Below are positions 24,767-38,482 of a stretch of 64,000 nucleotides of DNA, one piece after another (within the stretch, counting starts at the first letter, position 1; every line of letters starts with the position of its first letter). The position numbers and the translations under genes are program-made. The stretch is from Octopus bimaculoides (Eukaryota). The notes below the pieces were generated by a model. That model was not told the origin of the DNA. It saw nothing but the letters and a program-made list of their open reading frames with translations, and searched no databases. Location: the NCBI RefSeq assembly GCF_001194135.2, contig NC_068986.1:46421147-46485146 (forward strand), given 5' to 3'.

Positions 24767-27134
24767 ATATTAGCTTTCAGTTGGTTTTTTTTTTCTTCAT
24801 AACTTAGTTCTTATTTTATAAAAGATAAATATTTTTGGTCAAAATTTAAATCTAAATAACATATCATAATCAATAGAACTCTAACTTCAAGAAGTGCATG
24901 CAGTATTTTGAGTGTTTTTTTTTTTGTGAGTTTACATTATTGATTGGATGTTGAGTGGGGTTAACTGTTGTATGTCAGAATTACTAATAACTCACATATG
25001 TCCAGCTATGAACACCTGAATCAAATTTTACTTGTATCATCTAGATTGATATCCACTTCTGAGATGAAAGGTAATACATTCCAGTGTACCTTTCAAAATG
25101 CTCTTCCAATATTCTGCTAGATGTCATGAATATCAGATGGTTTGTATTTGATTTTATTTAATTATTTTTTTATTTATTTATTTTCATTTGTTCATTTCAT
25201 ATGAAGTTCACTGATGCTACTCAACACTAAATGCAAAATTAAAATCTCAGATTTCAAAATATTTCTTGAACAGGATTCCTGAAAGCATTTTAATTCAAGG
25301 AAATTCAAACCAATATGATCATGATATTCAAAGAGTAAAGCTATTTTATATTTTCCATTTACTGTATATAATTTAGAAGTGTTCCAGCTTCATAGATGGT
25401 TGAAGATAATTGCTGTCATGAAACAATTTTGTGGAATTTGAGAACCCTGTATCTACTCAATTTGACCAACATTACTATAATTCACTTTCATCATTTCTAA
25501 TTTTGTCATGGTGGTATGAAATCAGCACAGCTAGTACTACTATACACTAGTTTACAGGCAATAGTTGAAGTAATAAAACAAAATTTCACTTAAAAAGAGC
25601 ATCATCTTTACTGTTATATACCATCATATGAGGCTTTTAATGATACACAGTAATTTGTGAGATCTAATAGATTTTGTTGGTGATATTGCTCCCTGAAGAG
25701 ACTTTACATTGTAACTGTAGATAAATTTCAATTCATTATTAGTGAGATAATATTTCACATTAATAGCTTTGCCTAATTTTCTATTCCTTTGTATATTTCT
25801 GTAGTTCACTGGCCAATGCTCACTTTCCAGTTTCTCAATATTAAACTGATCATATACAAATCTCCTTGTTGATAAGTTGCCAGTCTATTTCAAGTAACTT
25901 TTCCAAACCAGCAAATCACCAACTTTTCAATGCAGCTGCATTTTACAGCAGTGGATTATACTACCATTATGGTTTAAGAGAACTTTTCTATTGAGGGTTA
26001 AGTGTCCTTAGAATCAATGCTGTGTAAATAGCAGGATATGAACCACCAGTTTCTTGAAGTCATTCTCCAGATTTCGTCAAACTGTGCATCTGCTCTTCTC
26101 TTTGATAATTAATAACAGCTAATTATATTTCCTTATTTTTCCTGGATATCAATACTTTGATGATTTGTCAGAATAATTCTGCATTTCAATTCTAAAGCCT
26201 GTAATCTTTCAGAAAAGCTGTTCCAAACGTTTATTAATTTGTTACTTATGCAGACAATAGCATTGAGTGAGATTTACAAATGTAAAAAGAGATAATCATA
26301 ATTATCTCTTTATACTACAAAAGAAGCAAAGGATGATAATTGGACAATAAGCGATAATTGTTAGTGAAAGTAGGTTTCATAATGAAATAGATATGTTATC
26401 TGAATATTGTCTAGGATTCAAGTGAACATAATGTATCATTCTCTCCTCTTTTAAAATTATATATCCTTTTGATCAAATGCATCCTTAGACCTTATTTAGA
26501 AATAGAATTGAGAAAAATTCATATATTATCCTTACAAATATACATTTCTGTTTTATGCAGCTAATCTTTCTATATTTCAGTAAGCAGAGATGAATATTGA
26601 TTTCTTAATATAAAGCTAGAGATCTGATATTCATAAACACAAGGAATGATATTGTGTGACATCTATACCTTTCCCACAGGTATTAGGAATACAGGAGATG
26701 TAAAATTGAACTTGAGTTGGGGATTCAGCTTCCAGAGAATTTAACTTTTATAGCACTGATACTATTAAATAGACAAGAGTATAAATTAAGTGTTGAATGA
26801 ATAATATTGCACAGCAAAGTTTTCAAAATAATGCTTACTTTGTCTTTCTTGGAGAACTAGAGAACCAGTGTTAATATAATGATGATGAACCAGTACTAGT
26901 GCTAATAGTTCAATTCTCACTGTCTCTAAGTGCCACAAGTGATATACTTCATTACTGTAAATAATACACTTTGTAGTCTTATGCAGCACTAAGTCTGTAA
27001 AACTAAATTGTCTTGTTCACTTGAAACAAGTTCACTTCTACAGTTCTTATTGTGGGGAAATTAGATATCACAACAGACCAGCGTTCTGAGAAAATATCTA
27101 TCTTGCTGCCTCTATTATTATGTAAGCCATATAA

Positions 27135-27335
27135 GGCAGTGAACTGGCAGAATTGTTACCATGTTAGACAAAATGCTTAGTGGTCTTTCTTCCGGCTTTA
27201 TGTTCTGAGTTTAAATGCCACCAGGCATTGGGGTTGACAAACTAAGTACTAGCTGAGTGCTGCGGTCGATGTAATTGACTTACTCCCACCCTGGAATTTG
27301 ATAGCCTTGTGCCAAAATTTCAAACCAATATTATG
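27135..27335 (+). mobile_element. SINE family B with internal deletion
   Basis: 'aaggcagtgaactggcagaattgtt...ccttgtgccaaaatttcaaacc'. Confidence 0.75.
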
Positions 27336-28214
27336 TAAACCATAACTGTCCTGTTCACATAAATGCATGCATATATACCTACCTACTTAACATACATACA
27401 AACGAACATACATACATACAAACATACATGCATACATACATACATAATTACATTGCTCTCTAGCTATCTACCTATATACATATATATGCATAGATATAGG
27501 CACACATATAAATGGCACTCCTTTGGTTATGATGACGAGGGTTCCATTTGATCCAATCAACAGAACATGCATACACATATACCTGAATACCTACTTTCTA
27601 CCTACATACCTACATTCATAAAAACATACACCTTTTTACTGATGACCTTAAACTGTACTTGAGTAATAGCCATGATACCTAAAGGTAGTTAAAAGTTGCA
27701 ACTTTGTGATTATGTGCTTCTTTGTAGTTATTTTACATGTTGTACATATAATTATATATACACATAATATAGGTACAGGTATGGCTATGTCTATAAGGAG
27801 TCTAATTTCTTACCATAGGATCTTGTATTCTCACTACATGGTATGTTGGGTAAGTGTTTCCTACTGTAAACTCAGGCTAACATAATGCCTTGTGACTAAA
27901 ATTTGTAGGCAGAAATTGTATAGAATATTTGCACCTTAACCACTTTTTGAAGTTGCATTTTGCAGTTATTTAATTATCTCTGTATTTGTTACCAGCTGCT
28001 TGGGCATGTTGCTTATTCATAATCTCTGTATTGGTTTACTGCTGCAAGTTAATTAAGGAGGGATTATAGCTCCCACCAAATAGATATTATGAGAGTTTTA
28101 TTATGTTCATTAAAAAAAATTATAATTAAAGTGCTTCCAGTTTTATGTGGGTTTTTTTTTTCAAACCTTCTATTATTGGCTTATTATCAAAGTATTTTCA
28201 TTTAACTTCTATCT

Positions 28215-28590
28215 TTTTCTTGTTTCAGCCATTGGACTGAGGCTGTGCTTGGACACTACCTTGAAGGGTTATAGTCAAACAAATTGCATCCCCAATACGT
28301 ATTTTTAAGTCCGGTGCATATTCTACCAGTCTCTTTTGGTGAACTGTAAAGGTATAGGGACATATACAAACACTTGTTGTCAAATGGTGGAAGGGACAAA
28401 CACACACATAAAGACACACATATGTATGATGGGCTTCCATACAGTTTTCATGTACCAAATCCACACATAAATCATTGCTTGACTCAGGCTTTAGTAGTGA
28501 ACACAAGCTCAAGCTGCTGCACAGTAGGACTGAACCCAAGATTTCATAGCTGCAAAGCAAACCTCTTAACCACACAGCTTTGTCTATACC
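28215..28590 (-). mobile_element. SINE family A, old diverged copy
   Basis: Recognisable tail 'gtttcagccattggactg', 'aaatccac' block and head 'cttaaccacacagc'. Confidence 0.7.
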
Positions 28591-28909
28591 TATTATGAAA
28601 CTATTTTCATTTATGTCATAATGTTTCAAAGATTGCAAAAGTCTTTATCGAGAAAATATTTATATCGAGTAATTTGTATCTATAATAAGGTTACTATTAC
28701 TTCCATTGAATTTCTGATTATTATTATTATTATTATTGTTATTATTATTTTTTTTTGCTTTTCATTCTTTTCAATATGCAACATAAGAATCAGATAATTA
28801 TGTTACACTCATATTATACCTAATGCAGATCTGATAAAGCTGAACCAGGTGATTTCTGCTATAGAATGAATATTCAAATACTATATGTATGTGCATGTGT
28901 GTGCACGTA

Positions 28910-28945
<36 letters not shown>

Positions 28946-29916
28946 TGTCTGTCTGTCTGTCTGTCTCTCCCTCTCTCTTTATCTATATGCACTTAGATCA
29001 ATAAGTGAATGTTGTCTAAGAAAAATACTTTTTGAAATATGCTGAGTAATGTCTCCTACTTAGCCATTTGGTAAATGGAATGTAATAAAAGAAGCACTAG
29101 GTAAATACAGGGTCAATGACATTGCTGAAAACCCTTGAAAATACTGCCTCACTATTGTAGCAGCTCAATGACAGAAGCCAAAATGTGTCAACTACCTATA
29201 TTTATATGTTTAACCCAAAGTAAAAATATTCTGCCTACTTCAACTTATACATCTGAATTTTAACCACTGTCTTCAGTATTAACTTGCATCTTGTCCCTTT
29301 CTTCAAGTTCAGGTTACACATTAGTTTTCCAGATTTTGCCGACCATGTTTTCTTGCATAATTTATTGAAAGTCTAAAATCAATAAAAATTTCAAAACTGT
29401 TATAAATGTAACTATTCTTTCATAAATATCTGTTTTCATTTCATTTTACTGAGTAATGTCTACAATGAAGGTTGACACTTTCATTCATTTCTTTTTTTTT
29501 TCAAATTAATTCCAGTCACAAATTGTCTCAATTCCCACATCTCCACATATATTCTTATCTTAATTATATTCATAGACAGGAACTTGATGCTTCCTTTCAT
29601 ATCAAAATTGTCTGATATTTCAATTCATCTTAAGACCACTCTCTACTTGTTTCTTCCTCTCTCATTTGGTCATCTCTCAAATTCTATCCTATTAACTTCT
29701 TATCATTGGTTCATTTTTCCTAAAATCCACCTGTAATAGTTCTCAAATATATATATATATATATATATATATAGTATAGAAGAAAATTAAAGAACTCAAA
29801 AGATTATATATGTATTGCTTGGTAAAAATATCATTTTCATATGGCAGCATACAAATTAGTTTATTGGGATTGGCTTTTAATTGGATATTTGAACTATTAT
29901 TAATTGGATTTCAGAT

Positions 29917-30377
29917 NNNNNNNNNNNNNNNNNNNNNNNNNNNNNNNNNNNNNNNNNNNNNNNNNNNNNNNNNNNNNNNNNNNNNNNNNNNNNNNNNNNN
30001 NNNNNNNNNNNNNNNNNNNNNNNNNNNNNNNNNNNNNNNNNNNNNNNNNNNNNNNNNNNNNNNNNNNNNNNNNNNNNNNNNNNNNNNNNNNNNNNNNNNN
30101 NNNNNNNNNNNNNNNNNNNNNNNNNNNNNNNNNNNNNNNNNNNNNNNNNNNNNNNNNNNNNNNNNNNNNNNNNNNNNNNNNNNNNNNNNNNNNNNNNNNN
30201 NNNNNNNNNNNNNNNNNNNNNNNNNNNNNNNNNNNNNNNNNNNNNNNNNNNNNNNNNNNNNNNNNNNNNNNNNNNNNNNNNNNNNNNNNNNNNNNNNNNN
30301 NNNNNNNNNNNNNNNNNNNNNNNNNNNNNNNNNNNNNNNNNNNNNNNNNNNNNNNNNNNNNNNNNNNNNNNNNNNNN
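29917..30377. other. Assembly gap (N-run)
   Basis: Seen directly. Other gaps: 40612-40621, 52354-52484, 55192-55584, 57522-57621, 59116-59125. Confidence 1.
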
Positions 30378-32610
30378 GGTGTGAACTAAGTGTACACCTC
30401 CCTCTCATTTTCTATTAGATATCTTTATTCTTTATATTTCTTATCTGAAATACAGAGTGATAATTCAGATATATACATCAGCTTGCCTTTGCTTCCAACT
30501 CTAACCTGACATTCTGTTAGCAATGGATTCAAAAGAATCAACATTGAATATCCGGTTTTTTTTTGCAGGTAACTGCATATTATTCAATAATGATTTTCTT
30601 TTTATTGGTGGTGGTGGTGGTAGGTCTTGGTCTGAAAATCTATGACTTCTTTCCAGTGTTGTGAGTCTTTTACCATATCCTTGAGTTTACCATGTCATGG
30701 TGAATATAATTTAGTCAATGGAAACTGCATGAAAGCCCATTAGAGGAACCAGGTTGGTACTCATGGGAGGAGGTTATGAAGTTTTCTTCAGATAAAAGAC
30801 CTGGCTTTAATATTTCACAACAGAATAAACTCTGCTAGAGGGACCTATGGTCCAGGTGTTAAACACAATGTGAAATAAAATCTAACAGTGAATGACAGGA
30901 ATGGTACCATCAATGAGCTCTTGAACAGTTTTGTCCACTGGATTTCACTCATAAGGATATTGAAGACCTGAAGCTGTAATAGAAAACATTTACTTGAAAT
31001 TCCACACCGTAAGACTGAACTCAGAACCATATAATGACGATGTTAATTTCTAAACCTACACATTTTTAGAATGTGTAGGTTTATATCCAGTTAGTGAAGA
31101 ATTAATGATCCAGTTAGTGAAGAATGCTGTTATATTGTTCTCTCACAGTAAAAATTTGCATTATTTTGGGAATCATCATCATCATCGTCATTTAACATCC
31201 CTTATTCCATACTGATATGAGATGGTTCAATATGAATTAATGAGCCAGAGGGCTGTGCCAAGCTCCAGTGTCTGCTGACATGGTTACTACAGCTGGATGC
31301 CCTTCCTATTACCAACCACTTCTTAGAATGCACAGGATTCTTTTATGGATTTAATTGCTTTGATTTCTAGCTGAGATATTTCAAGCTTTCTATCCATTTT
31401 GTTTGATTTCTGCAAATCCTCTATCTAAATCTACTTCCCAAATACAGAGCTTATTTTTCATATTTCTTAAACATTGATTATTCAAATATGAAATATATTC
31501 AGTTGCTTTTAATAAAGACAAAGAATATGCTTAAAGATTCAATCAGAATAAGGTGATTCAGAAATAAATTTTATGAGCCTTGGGTCAGCAATTCCATACC
31601 TTAGCTACTGACACACAATAACTCTAGCTTATAACCATAAAATCAGGACCAAAACTTAAACTACTATGCTGAGTGTGGACATTTACACCTAATGTTCTTA
31701 AATTTATGACTTTTTGGTCAGCAGACCTATATTTTAACCACAAGTTTCAGCAACTCACTTGACTACAATACAAACACACATAAACACATATAAATACACA
31801 TGCACACAACACACACACACACTCATTTATATTAGGAGATTATCTATTTTTAAAAAATAACAGGAAGGTAGGACATTTTATAAAGTAATAGTTTTCAAAA
31901 GAAAACATTTTGCAGACATCATTCAAAATTTGCACAAGTAGTTACTTTGATCTTATTGAAGTTTCCCCTCATTATCAGCTGTTTCTCAACTCTCTTGTAT
32001 TGTAATGACTTCTGTCCAAATTCTGGCCCTGTAAAACTAAATTGACTTCACTAAATGATCAATCTTAGGGCCATTAATAACTGTTCAATAAACAGTTAAT
32101 GAATAGTGAAGTTCATCAGATGTTATCAAGATAATTCATCATCATCATAGTCATCATTGCTGTTGTGGTGTTAATGTTCCACTATTCTATGCTTGCATGA
32201 GTCAGACAAGTCGTGGTAGATTTTCTACAGGTGGATGCTCTTCCTGTCACCACTCCTCACTTGTATCTCTGCAAGGTAATATTTCTTTATGACTGGACAT
32301 ATTTTCCACCAAAGACAGGAAATAAAGAACACTGTCTATTTGAAGGTGCCATTCATTTACAACTATCAGATGGCAAGGAGGTACAAACATACACACCTCC
32401 CTGTACACAAACACCTACATACATACACACACAGGTATGTATATGCACATACATACATACATTTCACAGTCTATCAAATCCACTCACAAAATTTTGGTTG
32501 ACCCTGGGGTGATAGTAGGAGACATTTGCCCTAAGTGCTATCCAATGGGAATGAACCTAAACCCACACATCTCTGTATTCTTTTCTACACCAATATTTTC
32601 ATTCTGTTTA

Positions 32611-32828
32611 AGGTGGTGAGCTAGCAGAATCGTCAGCATACCAGGCAAAATGTTTAGCAGCATTTCGTCTGTCTTTATGTTCTGAGTTCAAACTCTACTG
32701 AGGTTGACTTTTCCTTTCATCCTTTTAGAGTCAATAAAATAAGTATCTGTCAAGTACTGTGGTTGATGTAATCGACTTAGCCCCTCACCAAAAATTGTTG
32801 GCCTTGTGCCAAAATTTGAAATCAGTAT
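32611..32828 (+). mobile_element. SINE family B
   Basis: 'aaggtggtgagctagcagaatcgtcagc...tttcctttcatccttttagagtcaataaaataagta...gccttgtgccaaaatttgaaatc'. Confidence 0.85.
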
Positions 32829-34055
32829 TTTCCTTCTGTTCAATATATTCTTTCTTTAACTGATGTTTCTCTCAAATTTAAGAAATACAAGTATGAATTG
32901 AAGTTGGATAGGTTTCAATGTCATAAGTCCAACAGAAGTTTATCTACACACTAAGACTGTATGTTCTTTTGTCCTCTAAATAATGGTCGAACACACTTAA
33001 CATGGCAATTGTAAAAATCAAACTATTTCTCTAGTGTTAGTCTTTTAGGATGTCTCACTTATTGTGTATATGTGTGTAACTGCATGTGCTTTAAAAATAC
33101 ATAATTATTTAAACATTATTAAAAACACAAAGTTTCTTTTTAAAAAGACAATGTTTTTTTTTTCACAAAAACCATTCTTTCTTCCATTTAATTTATAAGA
33201 AAAAGAAAATACATGGTTTATAAATGTAATCTTTCTAACGGCAATTTTCACATTTTACAATGCATTATACATTAGTATGCATTAATTTCAGACAAATGTC
33301 TGCCACACACAAACATACACACAATTACACAAGTGTAAATACACATATATGCATATTATTGCTGCACAGATATATTTAACTACAGAAATGTTGATACAGT
33401 CTCTAGTTAATTTCTTTCCATTATTACCATTATTAGTGTCTTCCATTAATATCATGGTCTGCCATTTCAACCTAAATAAATGGCCCTATTTTTAGGCTTA
33501 TTCAATAAGTCTTAGTTAAATGAAATTATTTTCTTTATGTTCATTGATAGCAACTCACATCATCTCAAGTTGTTAGTCAAAGCTGATTTTTCAAATATGT
33601 TACTTTGAAAATTTTGAATCTATTTAATAAGCTTATTGATAATAATTATGAGAAAATAAGGATAGTGAAGTGACAAAAACACTAGTGTAAGACTTATTTT
33701 ACAGGATTTAATTTGATCATTTCACATTCTGAGATTAAATCCTGCAGAGATTAAATTTGCCTCTCATTTTTTTCGAGTAATCGATAAAATAATTCTTTTT
33801 AAAAAATTGTATGTTGTGTTTGTGATCTTATTTCAGTATTAGAAATCTTTATAACTCAAGAGACAAAGAATAGAGAATACAAAAACACAACCAGAAGTCT
33901 ATCAAAATATGTCTAAGTAATAATATTAATATCATTATTTTACCCCCACATCTAATATTCTACTTTTTCACCAGTCAGACAAGAGAGATAGGAACAATCT
34001 AGGTAAATTTAGTATAAATTTAATGCTTCATGTCAGTTGTAAATAGCTGTTATAA

Positions 34056-34210
34056 TGGTTTCAAATTTTGGCACAAGGCCAGCTGTTTGGGGGAGGAGGT
34101 AGGGCAATTATATTTACCTATGTTCAACTGGTTCTTATTTTACAAACCCTGAAAGGATGAAAGGCAAAGTCAACCTCATCAGAATTTGAACTCAGAATGT
34201 AAAGACATGA
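34056..34210 (-). mobile_element. SINE family B, partial
   Basis: 'tttcaaattttggcacaaggcc...gaaaggatgaaaggcaaagtcaacc'. Confidence 0.75.
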
Positions 34211-35915
34211 AAATAGCTATTATATAGCAAAATTAAAATGTAAGTGCAAAGAGAAAACTAGTTTTAGTATGAAAGACAGGGAATTGAGTGTTTTCAGCTT
34301 GAAATCTGATGGGTTAGAACACCACAGGGCTCTGTTTAGATTCCAAAAAGCAGCTCACCAAGCTTAGATGACAACTAGTAGCTGCTGTTGCAGTTGAAAT
34401 GTCAATTAGATTACAGAGCTCAACAGTGAGTCAGTGGAAGTAAAATATTGATGATTTGACTGAGCAACTAATCAACCACATTTTTCAAGAACCGAAGTCA
34501 GAAAGAAGATAGAGAGAATGTGACTGAAGTACCATCCTACACTTAAATATCCTACAATTCTTCATATATATTTGTATCTGTTTGAATATTATATAACTTG
34601 AAACAATTATTTTTTTAGTTTACTTCTCTTGGGATATCAGATACTTTCTATTTTTTACTTAATAACAATAAGTTTCAGTTTTATTTCTTTTAAGTCCTTG
34701 CCTGTTGTATCTTAGCATAGATATTGAAATAGATTTATTGAATTTCTTTGGTGTCATTTAGTTCATGTTCTGAAAAGTCTTAAAATAAATTAATGGAAGA
34801 AAATGTAAACATTTACTTTGAAATTAGAAATGTTTTCAACCTTCATTGACCTTTTAGAAAAAGATAGGATTTGATTCTCTTTAATAGCTATAATACATAA
34901 TGTTGCTATGTGTTTATGTGAATGTGGTTGTGGAGAGGGGATGTGATTAATATATCTGCATACAGATGTATAAGTGAATGTGTATGAGCATGCACATACT
35001 AAGTGAAGTATTTTCTTTTCATATTCTAAACTATCATTTTTGAAAATTAATTTTTTTAACTTTTGCATAACTTGGATATTATAATTAACATTCTTTGAAT
35101 ATGTGTGTTCACTATTACTATTTTACTCAATGACATATCTAAAATAAAATTTTTAACTAACATAATATATTTGAAATAAGGTTTCTAATGTGTACCATTA
35201 TTTTAAAACTAAATTTGGTGTCATCTAGTACAAAATATTATATCAAATTGTTTGCTAACATCTAGTTCATAAAATTTTCTATAAATAAATCCAAAATCAA
35301 CGCCGATTTAATTGGATTTGTCTTAGTAAATATACAGCAAACAGTTTCCTTTCTTTTATGTGGGACTGAAGTTCATATTTGATAATGTAAACAAAAGTTG
35401 GCTGTATAAAATATTCATTGTTTGATTGAATTAATATTAATGAGATTTTTAGTTCATTTATGAATATCAATTAATAACTTTCAGCAAAACAACATCATCA
35501 GTGACAGTATATTTAAAGTTTGCTCTTATGACATCATAATCTTCACAAATAGTTGAACAAATATTGTAAATTAAGCATAAAATTGTGCCACATTAACTTT
35601 TACATATGGTTGCTGCATTTTCAATTAGCTTTTTCTCAGTAAAAATCAATAAACATTTTATTCAATTAGTTTTTAATACGTTGCTACATATGAGAAAACA
35701 AAAATTATCTTTTAACAATTATGTGTCAATTTAGATGGTTAACAAGGCTAAATAAAGTATTTTTTGTAGCATAACTTTACTATTCTCAATGAAATATGAT
35801 TAAACCATTTCCAATTATTCCCAAAGTTAAATAATTTAATAATCTATGTAATGTTTTGAGACTGAATTAGTCAAAGAATAGAAAGAAATGAAGTAGCCAT
35901 ATCAGTTCATAAGTG

Positions 35916-35955
<40 letters not shown>

Positions 35956-35959
35956 TGTT

Positions 35960-37000
35960 CATGCATGTGTATAGGCTGGAAAGAAAGTAGTGTCACATTT
36001 TTGACACAATCTTTTTGAGGGTACTTTTTTAATACATATTGTAGAATAAGCATTAATTTTTATATTCTAATGTTCTTTATTTGAAAATTACTTTATACCA
36101 TAGTGGTTAAATTCATATAGTTGCTACCCTTTTAAAATGAGTTTAGATCAGACCCAAAAGATACTTTAAGTATCCAGACATACCAGTGATTGTTTGGTCA
36201 GTTTTGTCTGGGAAATCTTTTTTTTCTGCAGATTCTCCTCAATCTGGATGACCGAGTTCTGTCAATATTGACCTTCTGAAAACTGTAGTTGAGGAAAATC
36301 TAAAGTTCACTTTGGATTGCAAGAAAATTAGGAAAACAGTTCACACTTCATTCACAAAACATCTTCATCAACTAGGAAAAGGGTCTAGACTTGGTCAGTG
36401 GTTCCTCTATCATTTGACTGCTTCTTAGCTTAATCAAAGAGTTGCCTTCTGCTTATCGAAAAATAGACCAACTACTGAATCATTTCTTGGGTAGAATCAA
36501 TCCACACGATGAAGAATGGGTTCTCTATAATCATATCCAATGAAAACAAAATTGACTAGCACCAAATGAAAAAGGAGCATCCACTGAAAACCAGGACTAC
36601 ACTTGTAAAAAGTTATGCTTTGTATTTGGTGGGATAAAAAGATGTCATTTATGATGAAGTGTTAACCTGAAATAACACAGTTAATGCAGAGGAGTTTGTC
36701 ATCAGTTGAATGTGTTGCAAAAAAGGTTTTCTAAAAAAGTGCTCATCATTGGTCAATCATAAAAAGGTGTTGCTCTTATATGATAATGCAAGACCATATA
36801 TTTCCCAAGGCACTCAGAAAAAGATTATGACACTAAATATGGTGAATATGGAAGCTTTACCTTATGTCCTCTACCCTCCTAACCTTGCTCCATCTAACTC
36901 CCATCTTTACAGGTCATTACAGCATTAATTAGATGTAAAGCAGCATATTAATTGTGAAGAGGTTGATGTTTTTCCCTTTAACACTACTTTTGGAAAGTTA
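35960..37000 (+). pseudogene. Decayed mariner transposase (second subfamily)
   Basis: Frameshifted pieces ..DEEWVLYN.., KVMLCIWWD, LLLYDNARPY, LYPPNLAPSNSHLYRSLQH (mariner DD34D motifs). TIR-like 'tataggctggaaagaaagtagtgtcacattt' at ~35970. Ends approximate. Confidence 0.85.
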
Positions 37001-37333
37001 TGAAATTTTGAAACCAGCTAAGTCAGTGTAAAGAAATCCTCTTTGACCCAACTTCATGTCTTTTTTTTTCTCTTCCTGTGAAAAACATTTTCTACATGCC
37101 ATGACATACACAGATCACCAACACCACATACACACATCATATGCACAAAATGTTGTAAATATTGACAAATCACCTTGACCTACTAGAAATAATTGCTGAA
37201 TCTTCAAGAAATTGCACTCCACTATCTTATAAATATAACAGGAGGATACAATAATCATTGTGGTCTTACATATACAGTGCCTGAAAAAGAGTTGAGATGC
37301 TTGTGGCTAGAGTGGTATTGATCATAGAGCTGC

Positions 37334-37367
<34 letters not shown>

Positions 37368-37370
<3 letters not shown>

Positions 37371-37570
37371 GATGGTTAACTGGCAGAATCGTTGTCATGC
37401 TGGGTGAAATACATAGCAGTACTTCACCTGTTGCAACATTCTGAGTTCAACTTTGCCTTTCATCCTTTCGGGGATGATAAATTAAGTGCCAGTGGAACAC
37501 TGGGGTCGATGTGATCAGCTGTTCCCCTCCCAACAAAATCCAGGCTTTGTGCCTTTAGTAGAAAGGATTA
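37368..37570 (+). mobile_element. SINE family B between (TTA)n tracts
   Basis: 'actttgcctttcatcctttcggggatgataaattaagtgccagtggaacactggggtcgatg'. Confidence 0.85.
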
Positions 37571-37580
37571 TTATTATTAT

Positions 37581-38200
37581 TGAGTGAGAGAGCAGTGTAT
37601 GCCATCAAAGTAACACTGGGGTAAAATATATGAAGCCCAGTATACCCATCATGACTACCCATCTGATAAGGGTACACCAAGCACATGCGCAACGTGGTGA
37701 TTTCATATCAAGATAAACATTGCATGACCTTGCAGGTGGGGCCCAGTTAGAATTTTTTTCAGGTTGAGTAGCCTATACCACTCAAAAGGTCCCTGAATAA
37801 GGGTTGTTTAAGGATGTTGAATGAAACACCCATGTTTCCAAAGGTGAATTATCCAAACCCCAAAGAATACCTTTCAACACATGGCTATGATGTCCCCCCA
37901 CTTCTGCTTGTGATCAGAGATGCACATATAATCAGCCACTAAGGGACATACTCAACTGGTTAAGGTCAAACAACTGACAAGCAAATCTATGGTATTGAGC
38001 AGAATATTTGCTGTAGCCCATCTTTTATACCAAGGCAAAACAAACACATGATAACACTTCCAATCAGTTAAGATGAGAAGCCATGAGAGCCACTGTCTGA
38101 TATTGCATCAGGGCCAGCCACTGTCTGGTATTGCATCAGGGTAAGCCACTGTCTGGTATTGCATCAGGGTAAGCCACTGACTGGTACTGCATCAGGGCAT
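37581..38200. mobile_element. ~620-bp probable interspersed element of unknown class, flanked by (TTA)n
   Basis: GC-richer block bounded by (TTA)n on both sides and ending in a 28-bp tandem array. Repeat status is recalled, not shown within the window. Confidence 0.45.
38088..38199. repeat. Minisatellite, 4 x 28 bp
   Basis: AGCCACTGTCTGGTATTGCATCAGGGTA-type units at 38088, 38116, 38144, 38172; no spacers. Confidence 0.95.
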
Positions 38201-38438
38201 TATTATTTATTATTATTATTGTATAGCCGCAAGAAATCTACATTACTTTATAGTGATTATTTTTCAACTAAAGTTGCTAGAAAATATATATATAGGGTGA
38301 GTAAGGGATTTGAGAACATACCTTTCCAGTCTCATGGAATCTTGAGAAAATGTCTTCTACTATTGTCTTGTGCTAACCAAAGCCTTATGAGTAGGTATGG
38401 CTGGTGGAAGATGAAGGTTGTTCATTGTAAATATGTGT

Positions 38439-38482
<44 letters not shown>

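Noticed and set aside
26680-26744. Plus acceptor then GIRNTGDVKLNLSW, an Ig/ASH-like strand
   Set aside because: Hits a stop after 21 codons with no donor; extending it needs an assumed frameshift.
29300-29372. Minus acceptor then RLSINYARKHGRQNLEN* (RRM-end-like)
   Set aside because: Too short to distinguish from chance; no other RRM exon seen.
29810-30418. Long ORFs spanning X-runs (also 52253-52568, 54999-55795, 57349-57704)
   Set aside because: Artefacts of N gaps.
38088-38199. CRISPR-like direct repeats
   Set aside because: Units are contiguous with no unique spacers, no cas genes, eukaryotic context.
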